From positions 5,810,796-5,842,795 of the forward strand of contig NC_010296.1 of NCBI RefSeq assembly GCF_000010625.1: DNA of 32,000 bases. The letters are read 5' to 3'. This stretch comes from Microcystis aeruginosa NIES-843. Its GTDB lineage: Bacteria > Cyanobacteriota > Cyanobacteriia > Cyanobacteriales > Microcystaceae. The position numbers were made by a program, and so were the translations under genes. Below, piece after piece: positions 31,776-32,000 of the stretch. The stretch's first letter is position 1, and each line of letters opens with the position of its first letter. The notes under the pieces are model-generated. The model saw only the letters and a program-made list of their open reading frames with translations, ran no database searches and was not told the origin of the DNA.

Positions 31776-31912
31776 AGGGAAGTGGGGTGTGGGAAGTGGG
31801 GTGTGGGGAAGTGGGGAGGTGGGGAAGTGGGGAAGTGGGGAGGTGGGGAAGTGGGGGAATTTCAACTAAAACCCTAAAACCCTAAAACCCCAACCCCTCA
31901 CTGATTACTGAT
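31776..31912. repeat. Composite intergenic microsatellite block (GGGGAAGT/GGGGTGT/GGGGAGGT)n-(AAAACCCT)n-CTGATTACTGATG
   Basis: gggaagtggggtgtgggaagtggggtgtggggaagtggggaggtggggaagtggggaagtggggaggtggggaagtggggg aatttcaacta aaaccctaaaaccctaaaacccc ... ctgattactgatg. More than ten GGGG runs. Confidence 0.85.
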
Positions 31913-32000
31913 GCTTCCCCTTCCCTAGTCTGGACGGTTAGCTTAAAATAAATGTAAGGATATGTAAACTTTCGTAACTATCTCGCCAATTGGCTAACCA

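Overview
This 32-kb window looks like a Microcystis-type unicellular cyanobacterium. That is an inference from frequent GCGATCGC (HIP1) palindromes (e.g. 1238-1245, 2148-2155), recurring GGGGAAGT / AAAACCCC / CTCCTAA intergenic microsatellite blocks, and dense IS200/IS605 and IS607 content.

Backbone genes: clpP (3' end)-clpX, alpha/beta hydrolase, uppP, Prx5-Grx hybrid peroxiredoxin, dps, transglutaminase-like protein, DUF697-type GTPase, Crp/Fnr regulator, AI-2E transporter, LivG-type ABC ATPase, CIA30 protein, J-domain membrane protein and HAD hydrolase.

Accessory material:
- Four apparent type II toxin-antitoxin pairs, one of them hicB-hicA.
- A tnpB-only IS605-type element.
- An IS5/Harbinger-type IS.
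- An IS607 element whose tnpB carries an in-frame TGA.
- A divergent tnpA/tnpB IS605 element.
- A 229-nt solo right-end/omega-RNA fragment.
- An orphan three-repeat CRISPR mini-array with no cas genes.
- A predicted membrane pseudokinase.

The most unusual locus is 20.8-27.4 kb. Six tandem cassettes each carry a promoter plus the 5' UTR and first ~25 codons of a 1204-aa Type IIG restriction-modification gene. Five of the cassettes end in a stop codon, a GTAG-headed perfect palindrome, a variable-number 14-mer repeat and a T-tract. Only the sixth runs into the real gene. A RAYT-type HUH transposase gene is inserted inside the array, the array truncates a TPR gene on its left, and a diverged seventh promoter copy lies downstream of the R-M gene next to an IS605 end. 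I know of no described R-M control or REP/RAYT architecture of this form. All functional interpretation is inference from sequence alone.
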